This document shows positions 38,613 through 51,496 of a stretch of DNA of 64,000 nucleotides, one piece after another (positions within the stretch are counted from its first letter, which is position 1; every line of letters starts with the position of its first letter). Source of the DNA: Malacoraja senta (taxonomy: Eukaryota); assembly GCA_038087875.1 (NCBI GenBank), contig CM075988.1:27530001-27594000 (forward strand), read 5' to 3'. The translations under genes were made by a program, and so were the position numbers. The notes under the pieces were generated by a model. The model searched no databases. It had not been told where the DNA came from and saw only the letters and a list, made by a program, of their open reading frames with translations.

Positions 38613-41600
38613 CATAGATACATAGAAAATATGTGCAGGAATAGGCCATTCGGCCCTTCGAGCCTGCACCGCCATTCAATATGATCATGGCTGATCATCC
38701 AACTCAGTATCCTGTACCTGCCTTCTCTCCATACCCCCTGATCCCTTTAGCCACAAGGGCCACATCTAACTCCCTCTTAAATATAGCCAATGAACTGGCC
38801 TCAACTACCCTCTGTGGCTGAGAGTTCCAGAGATTCACCACTCTCTGTGTGAAAAAGTTTTTTCTCATCTCGGTCTTAAAGGATTTCCCCCTTATCCTTA
38901 AGCTGTGACCCCTTGTCCTGGACTTTCCCAACATCGGGAACAATCTTCCTGCATCTAGCCTTTCCAACCCCATAAGAATTTTGTACGTTTCTATAAGATC
39001 CCCTCTCAATCTCCTAAATTCTAGCGAGTATAAGCCAAGTCTATCCAGTCTTTCTTCATATGAAAGTCCTGACATCCCAGGAATCAGTCTGGTGAACCTT
39101 CTCTGCACTCCCTCTATGGCTATAATGTCCTTCCTCAGATTTGGAGACCAAAACTGTACGCAATACTCCAGGTGTGGTCTCACCAAGACCCTGTACAACT
39201 GCAGTAGAACCTCCCTGCTCCTATACTCAAATCCTTTTGCTATGAAAGCTAACATACCATTCGCTTTCTTCACTGCCTGCTGCACCTGCATGCCTACTTT
39301 CAATGACTGGTGTACCATGACACCCAGGTCTCGCTGCATCTCCTAATCGGCCACCATTTAGATAATAGTCTGCTTTCCTGTTTTTGCCACCAAAGTGGAT
39401 AACCTCACATTTATCCACATTATACTGCATCTGCCAAACATTTGCCCACTCACCCAGCCTATCCAAGTCACCTTGCAGTCTCCTAGCATCCTCCTCACAG
39501 CTAACACTGCCCCCCAGCTTAGTGTCATCCGCAAACTTGGAGATGTTGCCTTCAATTCCCTCATCCAGTTCATTAATATAAATTGTAAATAGCTGGGGTC
39601 CCAGCACTGAGCCTTGCGGTACCCCACTAGTCACTGCCTGCCATTGTGAAAAGGACCCGTTTACTCCTACTCTTTGCTTCCTGTTTGCCAGCCAGTTCTC
39701 TATCCACATCAATACTGAACCCCCAATACCGTGTGCTTTAAGTTTGTATACTAATCTCTTATGTGGGACCTTGTCGAAAGCCTTCTGAAAGTCCAGATAC
39801 AACACATCCACTGGTTCTCCCCTATCCACTCTACTAGTTACATCCTCGAAAAATTCTATAAGATTCGTCAGGCATGATTTACCTTTCGTAAATCCATGCT
39901 GACTTTGTCCAATGATTTCACCACTTTCCAAATGTGCTGCTATCCCATCTTTAATAACTGACTCTAGCAGTTTCCCCACTACCGATGTTAGTCTAACTGG
40001 TCTGTAATTCCCCGTTTTCTCTCTCCCTCCCTTCTTAAAAAGTGGGGTTACGTTTGCTACCCTCCACTCCTCAGGAACTACTCCAGAATCTAAAGAGTTT
40101 TGAAAAATTATCACTAATGCATCCACTATTTCTGGAGCTACTTCCTTAAGTACTCTGGGATGCAGCCTATCTGACCCTGGTGATTTATCGGCCTTTAATC
40201 CATTCAATTTACCCAACACCACTTCCCGAATAACCTGGATTTCACTCAGTTCCTCCATCTCCTTTGACCCGCGGTCCCCTGCTATTTCCGGCAGATTATT
40301 TATGTCTTCCTTAGTGAAGACGGAACCAAAGTAGTTATTCAATTGGTCCGCCATATCCTTGTTCCCCATGATCAATTCACCTGTTTCTGACTGCAAGGGA
40401 CCTACATTTGTTTTAACTAATCTCTTTCTCTTCACATATCTATAAAAACTTTTGCAGTCAGTTTTTATGTTCCCTGCCAGTTTTCTTTCATAATCTATTT
40501 TCCCTTTCCTAATTAAGCCCTTTGTCCTCCTCAGCTGGTCTCTGAATTTCTCCCAGTACTCTGGTATGCTGCTTTTTCTGGCTAATTTGTATGCATCATC
40601 TTTTGCTTTGATACTATCCCTGATTTCCCTTGTTATCCACGGATGCACTACCTTCCCTGATTTATTCTTTTGCCAAACTGGGATGAACAATTTTTGTAGT
40701 TCATCCATGCAGTCTTTAAATGCCTTCCATTGCATATCCACCGTCAACCCTTTTAGAACTAATTGCCAGTCAATCTTGGCCAATTCACGTCTCATACCCT
40801 CAAAGTTACCTTTCTTTAAGTTCAGAACCATTGTTTCTGAATTAACAATGTCACTCTCCATCCTAATGAAGAACTCAACCATATTATGGTCACTCTTGCC
40901 CAAGGGGGCACGCACAACAAGACTGCTAACTAACCCTTCCTCATTACTCAATACCCAGTTTAGAATAGCCTGCTCTCTCGTTGGTTCCTCTACATGTTGG
41001 TTTAGATAACTATCCCGCATACATTCCAAGAAATCCTCTTCCTCAGCACCCCTGCCAATTTGATTCACCCAATCTATATGTAGATTGAAGTCACCCATTA
41101 TAACTGTTTGCCTTTGTTGCACGCATTTCTAATTTCCTGTTTGATGCCATCCCCAACTTCACTACTACTGCTAGGTGGCCTGTACACAACACCCACCAGT
41201 GTTTTCTGCCCCTTAGTGTTTCGCAGCTCTACCCATACCGATTCCACATCCTCCAAGCTAATGTCCTTCCTTTCCACTGCGTTAATCTCCTCTCTAACCA
41301 GCAACGCTACCCCACCACCTTTTCCTTTCTCTCTATCCCTCCTGAATATTGAATATCACTGGATGTTCAGCTCCCAGCCTTGGTCACCCTGGAGCCATGT
41401 CTCCGTGATCCCGACTATATCATAATCATTAATAGCCATCTGCACGTTCAACTCATCCACCTTATTACGAATGCTCCTTGCATTGAGACACAAAGCCTTC
41501 AGGCTTGTTTTTACAACGCTCTTACCCCTTATACAATATGTTGAAAAGTGGCCCTTTTTGATTTTTGCCCTGGATTTGTCTGCCTGCCACTTTTACTTTT

Positions 41601-41870
41601 CACCTTGCTACCTATTGCTTCCGCCCGCATTTTACACCCCTCTGTTTCTCTGCTCACCCATTTAAGAACCCCACCACCTCTTATTGTCTGTTTATTATTG
41701 TTTTCTTCTTTCCCCCCTACATGTTGGGTCTGAGTGCTTTCCTTCTCTGCCTCCTGCCTCACACACTGTCTAATAGCTTTCTCTATTTGAGTCCCTCCCC
41801 CCAACCATTCTAGTTTAAAGTCTCCCCAGTAGCCTTTGCAGATCTCCCCGCCAGGATATCGGTCCCCCTC
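38613..41870 (-). mobile_element. Young CR1 (HER1-like) LINE, 5'-truncated within the end of ORF1
   Basis: ORF1 C-terminus GTDILAGRSAKATGETLN*, full ORF2 region, 3' UTR with ctatgtat-type tail; possible short TSD agtta (38608-38612 / 41871-41875). Confidence 0.97.
38704..41804 (-). pseudogene. CR1 ORF2 (APE endonuclease + reverse transcriptase), disabled
   Basis: CLNARSIRNK, GITETW, GVVYRPP, IMGDFN, SDH, YLDFQKAFDKV, GVPQGSVLGP, FADD, RPHLEYCVQFW; lesions near 41535 (frameshift), 41357 (TGA), 41107 (frameshift) and 39342 (short deletion). Confidence 0.95.
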
Positions 41871-44719
41871 AGTTAACCTTCCTTACTATAAACTTCTATG
41901 ATTTATGTATACCGTAATTCATGTTTTTGTAAGTTTAAGACTACATGCATGTGATGCTGCTGCAAGCAATAATTTCATTGTACCTGTACCTCATTGGGGA
42001 TATGACAATATACTCAAGTTGACTGGACTATCTAACTGCAAGGTGCTTATTACACAATTACATTTATTGCACTGCTGTGAACGCTTGCGTTTTAATAGTT
42101 TCAACCAACCAAGCATTTCAGCTGTTTCACCAGTGCTGTAGCCCTCACATGTCTTCGATGGAGCTAGAAATGTGAGTTAAGATTTGGATGAAATGTATTA
42201 TTATTATTATGCAGCACATATCTCATGTGGACTTCCAAATTGCTGGATGCAATGCTTTCCAGGATAATCAATTTCCCGCTCAAACCTTTTGAACTAGCCC
42301 TATCATACATCCATGCATTGCACTTAACATTCTTTTCCAAACACTAATGAGACCATTGGCTGGTGGCCAAGCAGTCAGACATGTTAATTGGCACTTTGCT
42401 GAATGCTTGCTCACATAAGGCCCACTGAGAAAGCAAGTACAGAGCAGCCCATATTAGTCAGTTGAGATTCCAAGCATGAGGGGCTTCTAGGTTGTCAACG
42501 TCAGCTCTGTGCTATAATGCAGCCAGAACTGCTGGCAGAACAGTTCCATTGTTCTATTATTTAAATGTTTAAGATTCCAGGTTTATTCTGTCATTGATTG
42601 CACCAAACAAAAATTCCCCCTAACAATTAGGACCAAATATCAACGATCTCCACCATCTTAGGAATGCGCAAGCATTCTTTGAATCCAGTGGTAGTTCTAA
42701 TTCCCCTACTACCAAACATTAGCAGAGAATAAGTGAAAAAGAATGGTTGATATTTTTAGTCGGAACCTTCTTCAGACTGAAAGTAGAGGTGACTGAAACT
42801 AGAGGCGAGAAAAGGCCAGAACAAATCAGTGTCAGCAACGGATGACCTCAGTTGGCTGGGAAGGTGGGATAACAAGAGGGATACAAGGATGCCAGTGGCA
42901 CTGGTAGGATGACGAGGGTGGGGGATGGCTCCTTCCTAACCGTTCTGACCTATCCTACTCCAAACTCTTGTCATACTTAAGGTAGTAGTTCAACCTCTTG
43001 GTAAGCTTCACACTCCTCCAGGAGTCTTTCCAAGAACTAAAGGTCATGGTCTAATGTTGATACCAGTTGACTCTCCTTCCTCTGCCTGCACCCTCCCCTT
43101 CAAGAATTTTGCCCTTTTAGCTGCTTGTTAGGTGAAAGTATGATGGTTGTTAATTAAATTATATCCTGCCATTGAAATCAGAAGGACCTTTGTCTTATTT
43201 ATCCATTATCATGCCCCACCAATGCTGCTTCCTCTTTAAAATCAAGCTTATTACTTTGATGGGAAAAATTAAGAAAATATATTATATATGGATGATTTCA
43301 GACCAAGGGTCTTCAACCTGAAACATTAACTCAGTTTCTCTTTCTACCAATGCCCCCAAGTGTTTACAGCAATTTCTGATTTCTTGAATGTTTCTTAATC
43401 ATTCTATTGACTAGAATGTGCTCACCTATATTTAGGCAAAGGTATTGCTTTTCAAGTCTCCTGTTTGCAGGTGAGAAAATACAGTCCTGTTGGCAAAAAT
43501 ATGCTAAATTGAAGAAGAGAACTGGAAATTCTGAGTATGTAACAGAACCAAGTGATCTCATTCATATTTATGGCGTGATTTTAAACTTTCATTTATCAAT
43601 GTCTGCTCTGTTACCTATATTTCATTCCTCTGATTTTCTCTGCCAATATGACTTGTCTCAATAAAGCTGTTAACTCCTTGCTGGGTTACCGTTCCTTTTT
43701 ATGCTACCATCTACAGGTTGTCACCAACAATGTGTGTAAGGATTCAGTGAAGGTTGGTTGGTTCCTTTACCATGGTCGTCGGTGGTTGAGGTGCTAACAT
43801 GATCAATCACAACCCTGTCATCAGATCATGTCAACATGTGCGCCTTCACGGCCAAGAAACGTAGGGGATTCCACCAGACTACAAACAACATCAAGAAGAG
43901 TGAGCAATTTTCCTTTCCTAGTTTTGAGCGATTGGGAGCTGTGTTGAATCCCTATAAATTCTCTACAGTGTCTGAATTCAAGAGCATTGTGCCTAAGAAC
44001 ACAAAATCCCATTGGTTTACAAGAGACAGCTAACAACCATCAAGCTCATATAATTCACCTTAGACTTGGAATATATTTGGTTCAAACACAGATTAACTAA
44101 ACTCAGGGAGCCATTGATAGCCATTTGTTATTCATAGAATATTACAGCAAAGAAGGCCATTCTCCATTGAAATCATACTAGCTCTTTGCAAAAACAACTC
44201 ATCTTATCCCAGTGACCTGCCACTTTCCATGGCCCTGTAATTTCTTGAATCCAGGTATTTATCCAGTTCCCTTTTGAATGCTACAATTGAATGTACCTCC
44301 ATTCCTACCAGATGAAATGGATTGCAGACTCTGACCATTTACTGCATATAAATATGTATTTTATCGTGTTCATTTGCCAATCACCCTCATTCAATATCCT
44401 CCATATTTTCACCCCTTTGTCAATGGGAATAATTTCTCTCTGCCTACTGCAAACATAGCAATTATACCTTTAAACATCTCTCACAGATCCTTGTGCAATT
44501 TCTTCCAATACAACAACCTGACCCTTTCCAAACTACACAATCAAAATTCTATTGATGTAAATCTCTATGTTGAACTCGGGACCTGTCTTCTGCCATTAAA
44601 CTACTTAGAACATTTTTATACCCCTAATCAAATTATCCATGCCTGCATTGATAAAAAAAACGTGGGCATCAGTAGGGCTTGGGGGGCAGGGGGGGGGGGG
44701 GGGGAATTGGCAAGTGGAT

Positions 44720-44990
44720 GTCAATCCCCTCCCTCCTATCCCCTTCCTCTCCAGCTTCACATTTCACTCCTCCTCTTCTTTCCTTATCTGACACCCGTTT
44801 GTCTCCTTTTCACCTGTGTATACACCGATTACTTGTAAAGTTTCGCCTCAGCTCAACTTCTCCTATCCAGCTTTCTCCCCTCTACTCCATCAGACTGAAG
44901 AGAGGTCATTACCGGAAACGTTGTCTGTCCATTACCTCTGCAAATGCTGTCGGACCTGCTGAATTCCTTCAGCACGTTGTTTTTGAATTA
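44720..44990 (+). mobile_element. Penelope pLTR fragment with degenerate hammerhead core
   Basis: Pyrimidine-rich body then gactgaagagaggtcattaccggaaacgttg...gctgaattccttcagca. Confidence 0.6.
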
Positions 44991-46545
44991 AAAGAGAAGG
45001 TCCTTCAGAACAAGCAAAAGGCTAAAAAAAAAGTGAACTACTATGGTTGACGTAAGAAATGTCACATGAATGGCCTTAAATAAATCAACCACAACCAAGA
45101 GAGCACTGCTGCTAACCTATGACAGCCATGGGTGTTCTGACAAAATAAACCATGGGTGCAAAATTTCACACATTCACTTCCTAGCTCTATGTCCTCTCAT
45201 CCATGGAATATGGAATAATTGGATCAGGGTCACTTGTCAATCTGAGAGACTTGGTCTGGGTGGATTAGGTAACTGATTTCCTAATTACTTTAAAATATGG
45301 GAACCTTTGTAAAGAAAATATCCTTTATTACATTATTAATTTAACAGGGAGAAAAGAACAAGGTTATATATCATTTAGACATCATTCTGTTCACTGTTCA
45401 ATATTTAATAATCATCATTACATCACGTTGAATTTAGTGTCACATGCACAATTACAGTGAGGTACATACAATATATAGCAGAAACAAGGGAGTTTTCTCA
45501 GATAACATTGTAGTTATACGTTTTAATAAATGTAATAATGATCCAATATACATGACATTCTATCCAATTTTAAACTTTGCTACAGTTCTGTATGTAATTA
45601 TTTTTTCAAACAAAATTAATATAACAATCCAAAATGAATCAAATTTCTGTTCATTTTTTATCCAAATGAAGCCAAGGCCACTAAGTACAATTGTGAAATA
45701 ATACCAAGAGTTTAAGTCCCTGATTGTCCTTGTGTAATTTGTGTGAATGTAAATGCATCATTGACTTCAATCTGTCTTATGGCCCCCACTAATTCTGCAT
45801 CTTGTCACCAACCTTTGCATCTACTCTTATTTTCTGACTCTGGCCTATTCTGCATTGCCACTCTGTGAGTATATTCAACAACTATACTGCTGTGTGCTAG
45901 AACCATCTATCTAAAGACTTCCTCTTGACCAAATCTCTTACCAAAACCCCCATTAAAACTTCTCACCTTGATCATACATTCCCTAACTTCATCAACTATT
46001 GCTTTCCAAAAAAAGCCCTCTTTGTCCATCTCCTAGATGAAGAACCTTCCGGACAATGCCCCTGAGAGTGCAGTTCAAATCCAGATTCAATGTTAAACTA
46101 ACAACCAAAGTGCATGCCTCTTGTCGATTTGTGTTAAAGTCCAAAGTTTGCAGATCCAAATATTTATGCAATGTCCCCAGAGCACACAATGAGATAATGT
46201 GTGTAAATATCAGAAATACAAATGAATGAATCTTTAGAAATAAAGTTAACAATAGATAAAAACCAACAGGAGTGTAGAGTTTGAACTTTGCCCTATATAT
46301 CTCCACTATGAAGCAAAGCAACATAACAACTAATAGAAAGTCAGCTCATTGAAAATTTCTTCCAATGATGGTTTGTTTAAAATTGATACAGAAGGAAATT
46401 ATGTTATCTATCAAAAACAGATTCATCCCTTCTTGGCACTCTGGTCCTAATGCAGAACATACTCGTTTTATTTCAATCAACTTTACGCTAAAACTTCAAA
46501 AATAAAATCAAAAATAAAACGAGCTATTCCCTTGTTGTGATTCAC

Positions 46546-46699
46546 TTGTTCTCAAGTCCCTCAGTCCCAGATGATGCGGCGAGGACAGCACGCAGGGTCA
46601 GCGCAGATCGCAAGGGCTGCAGAGCGCCTCTCAAGTGGCTCACACCCAATTGCGACCGGCTCACGCTCCGGGTCAATGGCTCAATCTCTATCCAGATGC
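46546..46699 (-). CDS. Possible second exon of the same unidentified gene
   Basis: Acceptor ctgctgtcttcag|GC; only the phase-1 frame is open (GIWIEIEPLTRSVSRSQLG...GLEN), matching the upstream exon phase; weak donor AA|gtgaat. Confidence 0.25.
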
Positions 46700-47391
46700 C
46701 TGAAGACAGCAGGGATACTGAGGCCACACCATCAGATACTCAGTAATAATCGGTTCCCCACAGAACAGGCAAACAATATTAAATCTTTCTCTTCAACGTT
46801 CAATTACTTTTCTTTCTTTATAATAAACTCCACCCATCCGCCTCATTAACCCAGTGTGCCGCTTTAAAAAAAAACGTTTTGGTCTGGAAACTGTTAATGT
46901 TACAGTCCACATCTGTTTCCAATATGGGTCGAGTTACATCTTTTGGAAACAATGCTGCTTTTTACTTAGTGAATTGCATTTTAAAAAGTTTTCAAACCGA
47001 ACTGAAAAATACATAAAGGACACGAAAGTACACAACGGCATCACCTTATTTAATTACAAATAGCATATTGTCCATGGACAGCAGAAAAAAATTCTCTGCT
47101 AATGTAAAATTAAAATATTAAAACGTTTAAAGTAAGCTGTAAAAGGCAGACCCATAAAGGAAAGCGTGTATTTCGTGAAGTAACTATGAAAGTCGCTGAA
47201 GATTTTTAAATGTTTGCACTACCCCAACTCTTTATCAGTCTCGCCCACACTGGTACATTAAATATTCGATTTCAGAAACCAGACATTAAAAAAGCGATCC
47301 AAAACTATGGTGCGAAGTTTACAAATGCATCTTCTCATTTCTATTAGCGAGACTAAACGAATTACAAAACACGATTATCCGAGCTACTTAC

Positions 47392-47428
47392 CGACCATCA
47401 GAACCAAAGTAAGAGAGGGCAAAATCAT
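47392..47428 (-). CDS. Probable first coding exon (signal-peptide-like MILPSLTLVLMV) of an unidentified host gene
   Basis: Kozak-like GCCAACATG; 37 nt of hydrophobic codons; consensus phase-1 donor G|GTAAGT; candidate upstream acceptors at 47531 (gtgctcag|) and 47790 (ttttcag|). Confidence 0.55.
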
Positions 47429-49210
47429 GTTGGCTTTATAAATTCGACATTTAATCCATAAATTGATGAGGAAATTTCGTGCTGATATTCTCCGCCTCCT
47501 TGTTTTTTGGGACTGGAATGCTGGGACAGACCTGAGCACATTGAAACATCAGGAGAGGGGGATGCCACTGCGGGATATTTACATCTTCACAACGCACGAC
47601 TCTCCAAGATGTCCCTTTACCAACTCATTCCGTTCATTGCAGCTGCCCAGATGAGCAGTGGAGTGTGCTGGAACCGTCTTTCCAGGGATTTGATATGACA
47701 GGTCCGTTTAGTTGAAGGTTGATTGATTGGTTTCAACGGGTGAACGGAGAACTGTGACTGCCCGAACTGACATTGCACACACTTTCCTGTCTGAAAATTG
47801 CAGAGAGCAAGTCTAACCTAAAGTCTGCTAAACGTATAACACGTTGTTTCTGTGCGAGCACAGAATGGCTTGCTGCCTACTTGTGACTGACTCTGTTCCT
47901 TCTTGCAAGTTTTATTTCAATATTAAAAGCATGTTGATTTAAACATGAAATAAAAGAAAAGCTACCATCTTTAGTTTAAATTTAAACTAGATCCCATCAG
48001 TTCCCTCACCCAACAGTTATTAAACCATTGTTTTTGCTGCCTGCTGAAGTGCTGAGAAATGTAACTGAATATTTTCCTGCAGATATGTCATTGCAATATG
48101 ACACTTGTTTTCATCAGCCATTTCCAACGTGGTGTTTAACTATTTCAATTAAAAAGGAATGATTACAAAAATATCGTAGTATGCACAAACGTCAACATTT
48201 GAGGTCACAGATAATGGTTTTGAACTTTCCAAATTCTATTCTAGCTTCCAATATTGATACCTGATTTCTCCATTTAGTGGAGATACAAGAGATGGCAGTT
48301 GCTAAAATCTTGAGCAAAACACATAGTGTTGGAGTAACTCAACGGTCAGGCAATGTCTGAAGAAGTGTCCCGAACCAAAACGTCGCCTGTCCATTCGCTC
48401 CAGTCCGAAGAATGGTCCTGACCGGAAACGTCACCTATCCATTCCCTCCACAGATGCTGCCTGACAAAAAAACAATGCTGATGAATGAAAACATTCCCTT
48501 AATGTACATTTTCTTCCTCAAAATTCCTTGGCAATATTTTTTTACTTTGTTGTTCTACCAGAGGAAGGGCAGTATTTGTTTACTTTGTTCTACAGAGACT
48601 GTAAGATTAGACGAACAACTCTTTTAAAGAGTTAGTACATGTATAGTGGGCTGAATAGCTTTTAGTGTGTTGTTGTATTCTACTAACCATCAACAATCGC
48701 TGTCTTGCCATCAGGCCAAACATTGATCCAACCTCACAGGTACAAAATGGATTCAGTAGAGCTAATAGGACTTGATGTTTCAATCCCTGTAGTAAGTCGG
48801 CACTCTTGATATTGGCAGAGGGATTGGAGTGGTGAAAGGTAGGGAAGGTACGTCATCGGGGTCGTCAGGTGGGCACCATCCTTCTTTGACGTTCCATTGA
48901 TAAGCCCACAACATCTCCAGAGACTGATCTATGCTCTGTATCTAACTTAATCTGCAAATGTCTTGACATCAACAATAGGTCCAAAACTGTGTGTGAGAGT
49001 GGAGGGGGTTGGTGGGGTGAATGGTGCTTTGGATGAAAACATACTGTCACAGCCACTGGCACACTTCACATTAGTGTGAACTTGGACATAAATAGAGGTT
49101 GAAGACATTTCTGTGGCATCAGTTCAAAATGACTGCATAATAAGCAACCATTGGCAGCGGCAAACTGTTTGAAGTTGTCAGGGTGGCATAAGAACGTCAG
49201 GGTAGGCTGT

Positions 49211-49436
49211 GTAGGAAGGAATTGCAGATGCTGGTTTAAACTGAAGATAGATATGAAAAGCTGGAGTAACTCAGAGGGTCAGACAGCATCTCTGGAGAAA
49301 AGGAATAGATGACGTTTCAGGTCGAGATCCTTCTTCAGACTGTCTCTGAAGGGTCTTGACCCGAAACGTCACCTATCCCTTTTCTCCAGAGATGCTGTCT
49401 GATCCGCTGTGTTACTCCAGCTTTTTGTATCCAGCC
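49211..49436. mobile_element. Penelope-derived palindromic unit with two hammerhead-like cores and 14-bp TSD
   Basis: Flanks tcagggtaggctgt (49197-49210) / tcagagtaggctgt (49437-49450); arms meet at cttcttcagactgtctctgaagggtc. Confidence 0.85.
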
Positions 49437-50299
49437 TCAGAGTAGGCTGTCATCTACTGGTTGCTCAGAATTTAATCTACTTCATAACTCACCTCTCAGG
49501 TGCAAGAGTCCAATAGGCAGCAACTATAGACAGTGGGCTCAGGTATTTTTTGAAATGTTGGCATCAAATTGTGATCTGAATAGCAATGCCAAGCAAAAAT
49601 AAAACTGTTGGTATTAAAATATGTTTTGATGTTTTTAACATGATAAAACTGACAATAATGGTCACATCCTACATAATAATTAGGAAACATAAGCAGAGAA
49701 ATACTTCTGCGGGATAATGTTCAATATGGAATCCATTGCAGAATAGTACCAAATGATGACTTGATTGTTTTATGGCTGTAGCTGCATTGCCTGTGGCCTT
49801 CAAGGAACAACTATGTCAATTTTCTGGCTGATGTTTTGTGACACCATTTAGTTCTAATGGATTAGTGAACTACTCCATAAGTGTGAAGAACCAAAGATGA
49901 CAGAAAATTAAAAGAAAAACAGTTAACAAGATTCTGCCTATTACAAAATAATTGCTACAATCTATCATTAAGGACAAATTATTTGAGCTTTTAAGAGAGT
50001 TAAAACAAGTCAAATTAGAATTTGTGAGAATTAAATTTTCTAATAATTAGAAACAAACTTAATAATTTAAAATCTGAGTATGATATATTCTTACTATGTA
50101 AGGAAAATGGAGGTGAGGCTTGTGGATGGCATTGGAATACAATTTTACCAATCAGGAGAACAATTATATAACAGCTTCAATTACATAAGACATTGCTGAG
50201 AAAAAAGCAAACAACTGGTGGAACTCAATGGGTGAGGCAGTGTCTGTGGAGGGAACTGGACTGATGGTGTTTCAGGTCAGGACCAAAAGAATTGGCGAG

Positions 50300-51495
50300 A
50301 CTGCATCCCCAGTGCAGTGTACTGTAATATCTCTTTACTTAAGGAAGGTTGGAAATAGGTTGGTTAACTAGACAAATACCTAGAACATACAGCTTGCCTT
50401 ATCATGAAAGTTGGACCAATTAAGCCTGTATCCACTGGAGATTAGAAAAGTAAGAGTGGATTTGAGTGAAACATATCAGAAGGTTGAGGAGCCTTGATAG
50501 GGTGGATGTGAAGAGATGACCTTCTTGTGGAAATTAAAAATAAGGGGTCACACATTTAAGGCAAAGGTAAAGCATTTATTTCTCTCTCTCTTTAGTACTC
50601 TCTTTCCAAAAGAACAATGGAAACAGTCCCTAAATATTTTTAAGGAAGAGTTGGACAAATACGATAAGCAAGATGGAAAGGTTACTGTGGTTAGATGGAG
50701 ACATGTCATTGAAATTGCAACCTAATTGAAAGGCATGATCATATTGAAAGCAAGATATGCTTCAGGGACCAATTGGCATATGTATATTTGAGGGGTTATG
50801 TGATCTATTCCTGCTCCTAATGTTAATGGCTGGTCTCTTAACAGCACTGATGCATAGAGGGATTTCAAGTTCATAGCTCCTTGAAATAGTCAACACAAGC
50901 AGATAGAGTGACAAAAAAAGTATATGTTATGCTTGCCTTCATCAGGTGGGGCATTGAGTAAAAGAGTCAGGAAATCATGTTACAGCTTTATAAAACTTTG
51001 GTGAGGCCAAATTTGAAGTATTATGTGCAGTCCCAGTTGCCCCATTACAGAAGCTTTGGAGAGGGTGCTGAACACTTTTACCAGGATTTGAAATATTATC
51101 TGTGAGAGGTTAGCCAAACTTGTATTATTTTCTCTGGTGCATCAGAGGCTGAGGGGATACCTGATAGAAGTTTATAAGATTATGAGACACATTGATAGGG
51201 TCAGAATCTTTTTCCCAGAGTGGAAATGTCAAATACTAGAGGCCATAGTTTTATGGTGAGAGGTGAAAAGATTAAAGGAGATATCCATAGCAAATTCTTT
51301 AAACATATCTGCCTGGGTGCTGGTGAAAAAAGCTACAATAGTAGCATTAAAGAGACTTTTCGACACATGAATATGCAGGGTATGGAGGATATGGATCATG
51401 TGCGGGCAGCAGAGATTAGTTTAATTTGGTATCATGATCAGCAAGAAACATTGTATCCCAAAGCGCCTATTTCTGTGCTGTACTGTTCAATGTTC
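50300..51495 (+). mobile_element. Two tandem degenerate CR1 3' fragments
   Basis: tatgcttgccttcatc...gagtcaggaaatcatgttacagctttataaaactttggtgaggcc; ORF 51220 SNTRGHSFMVRGEK; earlier copy KIRGHTFK. Confidence 0.8.
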
Positions 51496-51496
51496 T

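Larger units (their letters stand above)
46480..47870. promoter_or_regulatory. CpG-retaining, repeat-free zone (candidate unmethylated promoter/5' region)
   Basis: CG dinucleotides are visibly frequent even in AT-rich context here, unlike the flanking unique DNA; no recognisable TE. Judged by eye, not computed. Confidence 0.55.

Noticed and set aside
39227..41122. 631-aa ORF as an active reverse transcriptase gene
   Set aside because: Both ends are frameshifted, the endonuclease has a stop, and ORF1/promoter are missing.
45967..46032. Minus-strand 66-nt exon EMDKEGFFWKAIVDEVRECMIK
   Set aside because: Phase 0 is incompatible with neighbouring candidates, and it abuts sequence resembling a decayed L2-type tail.
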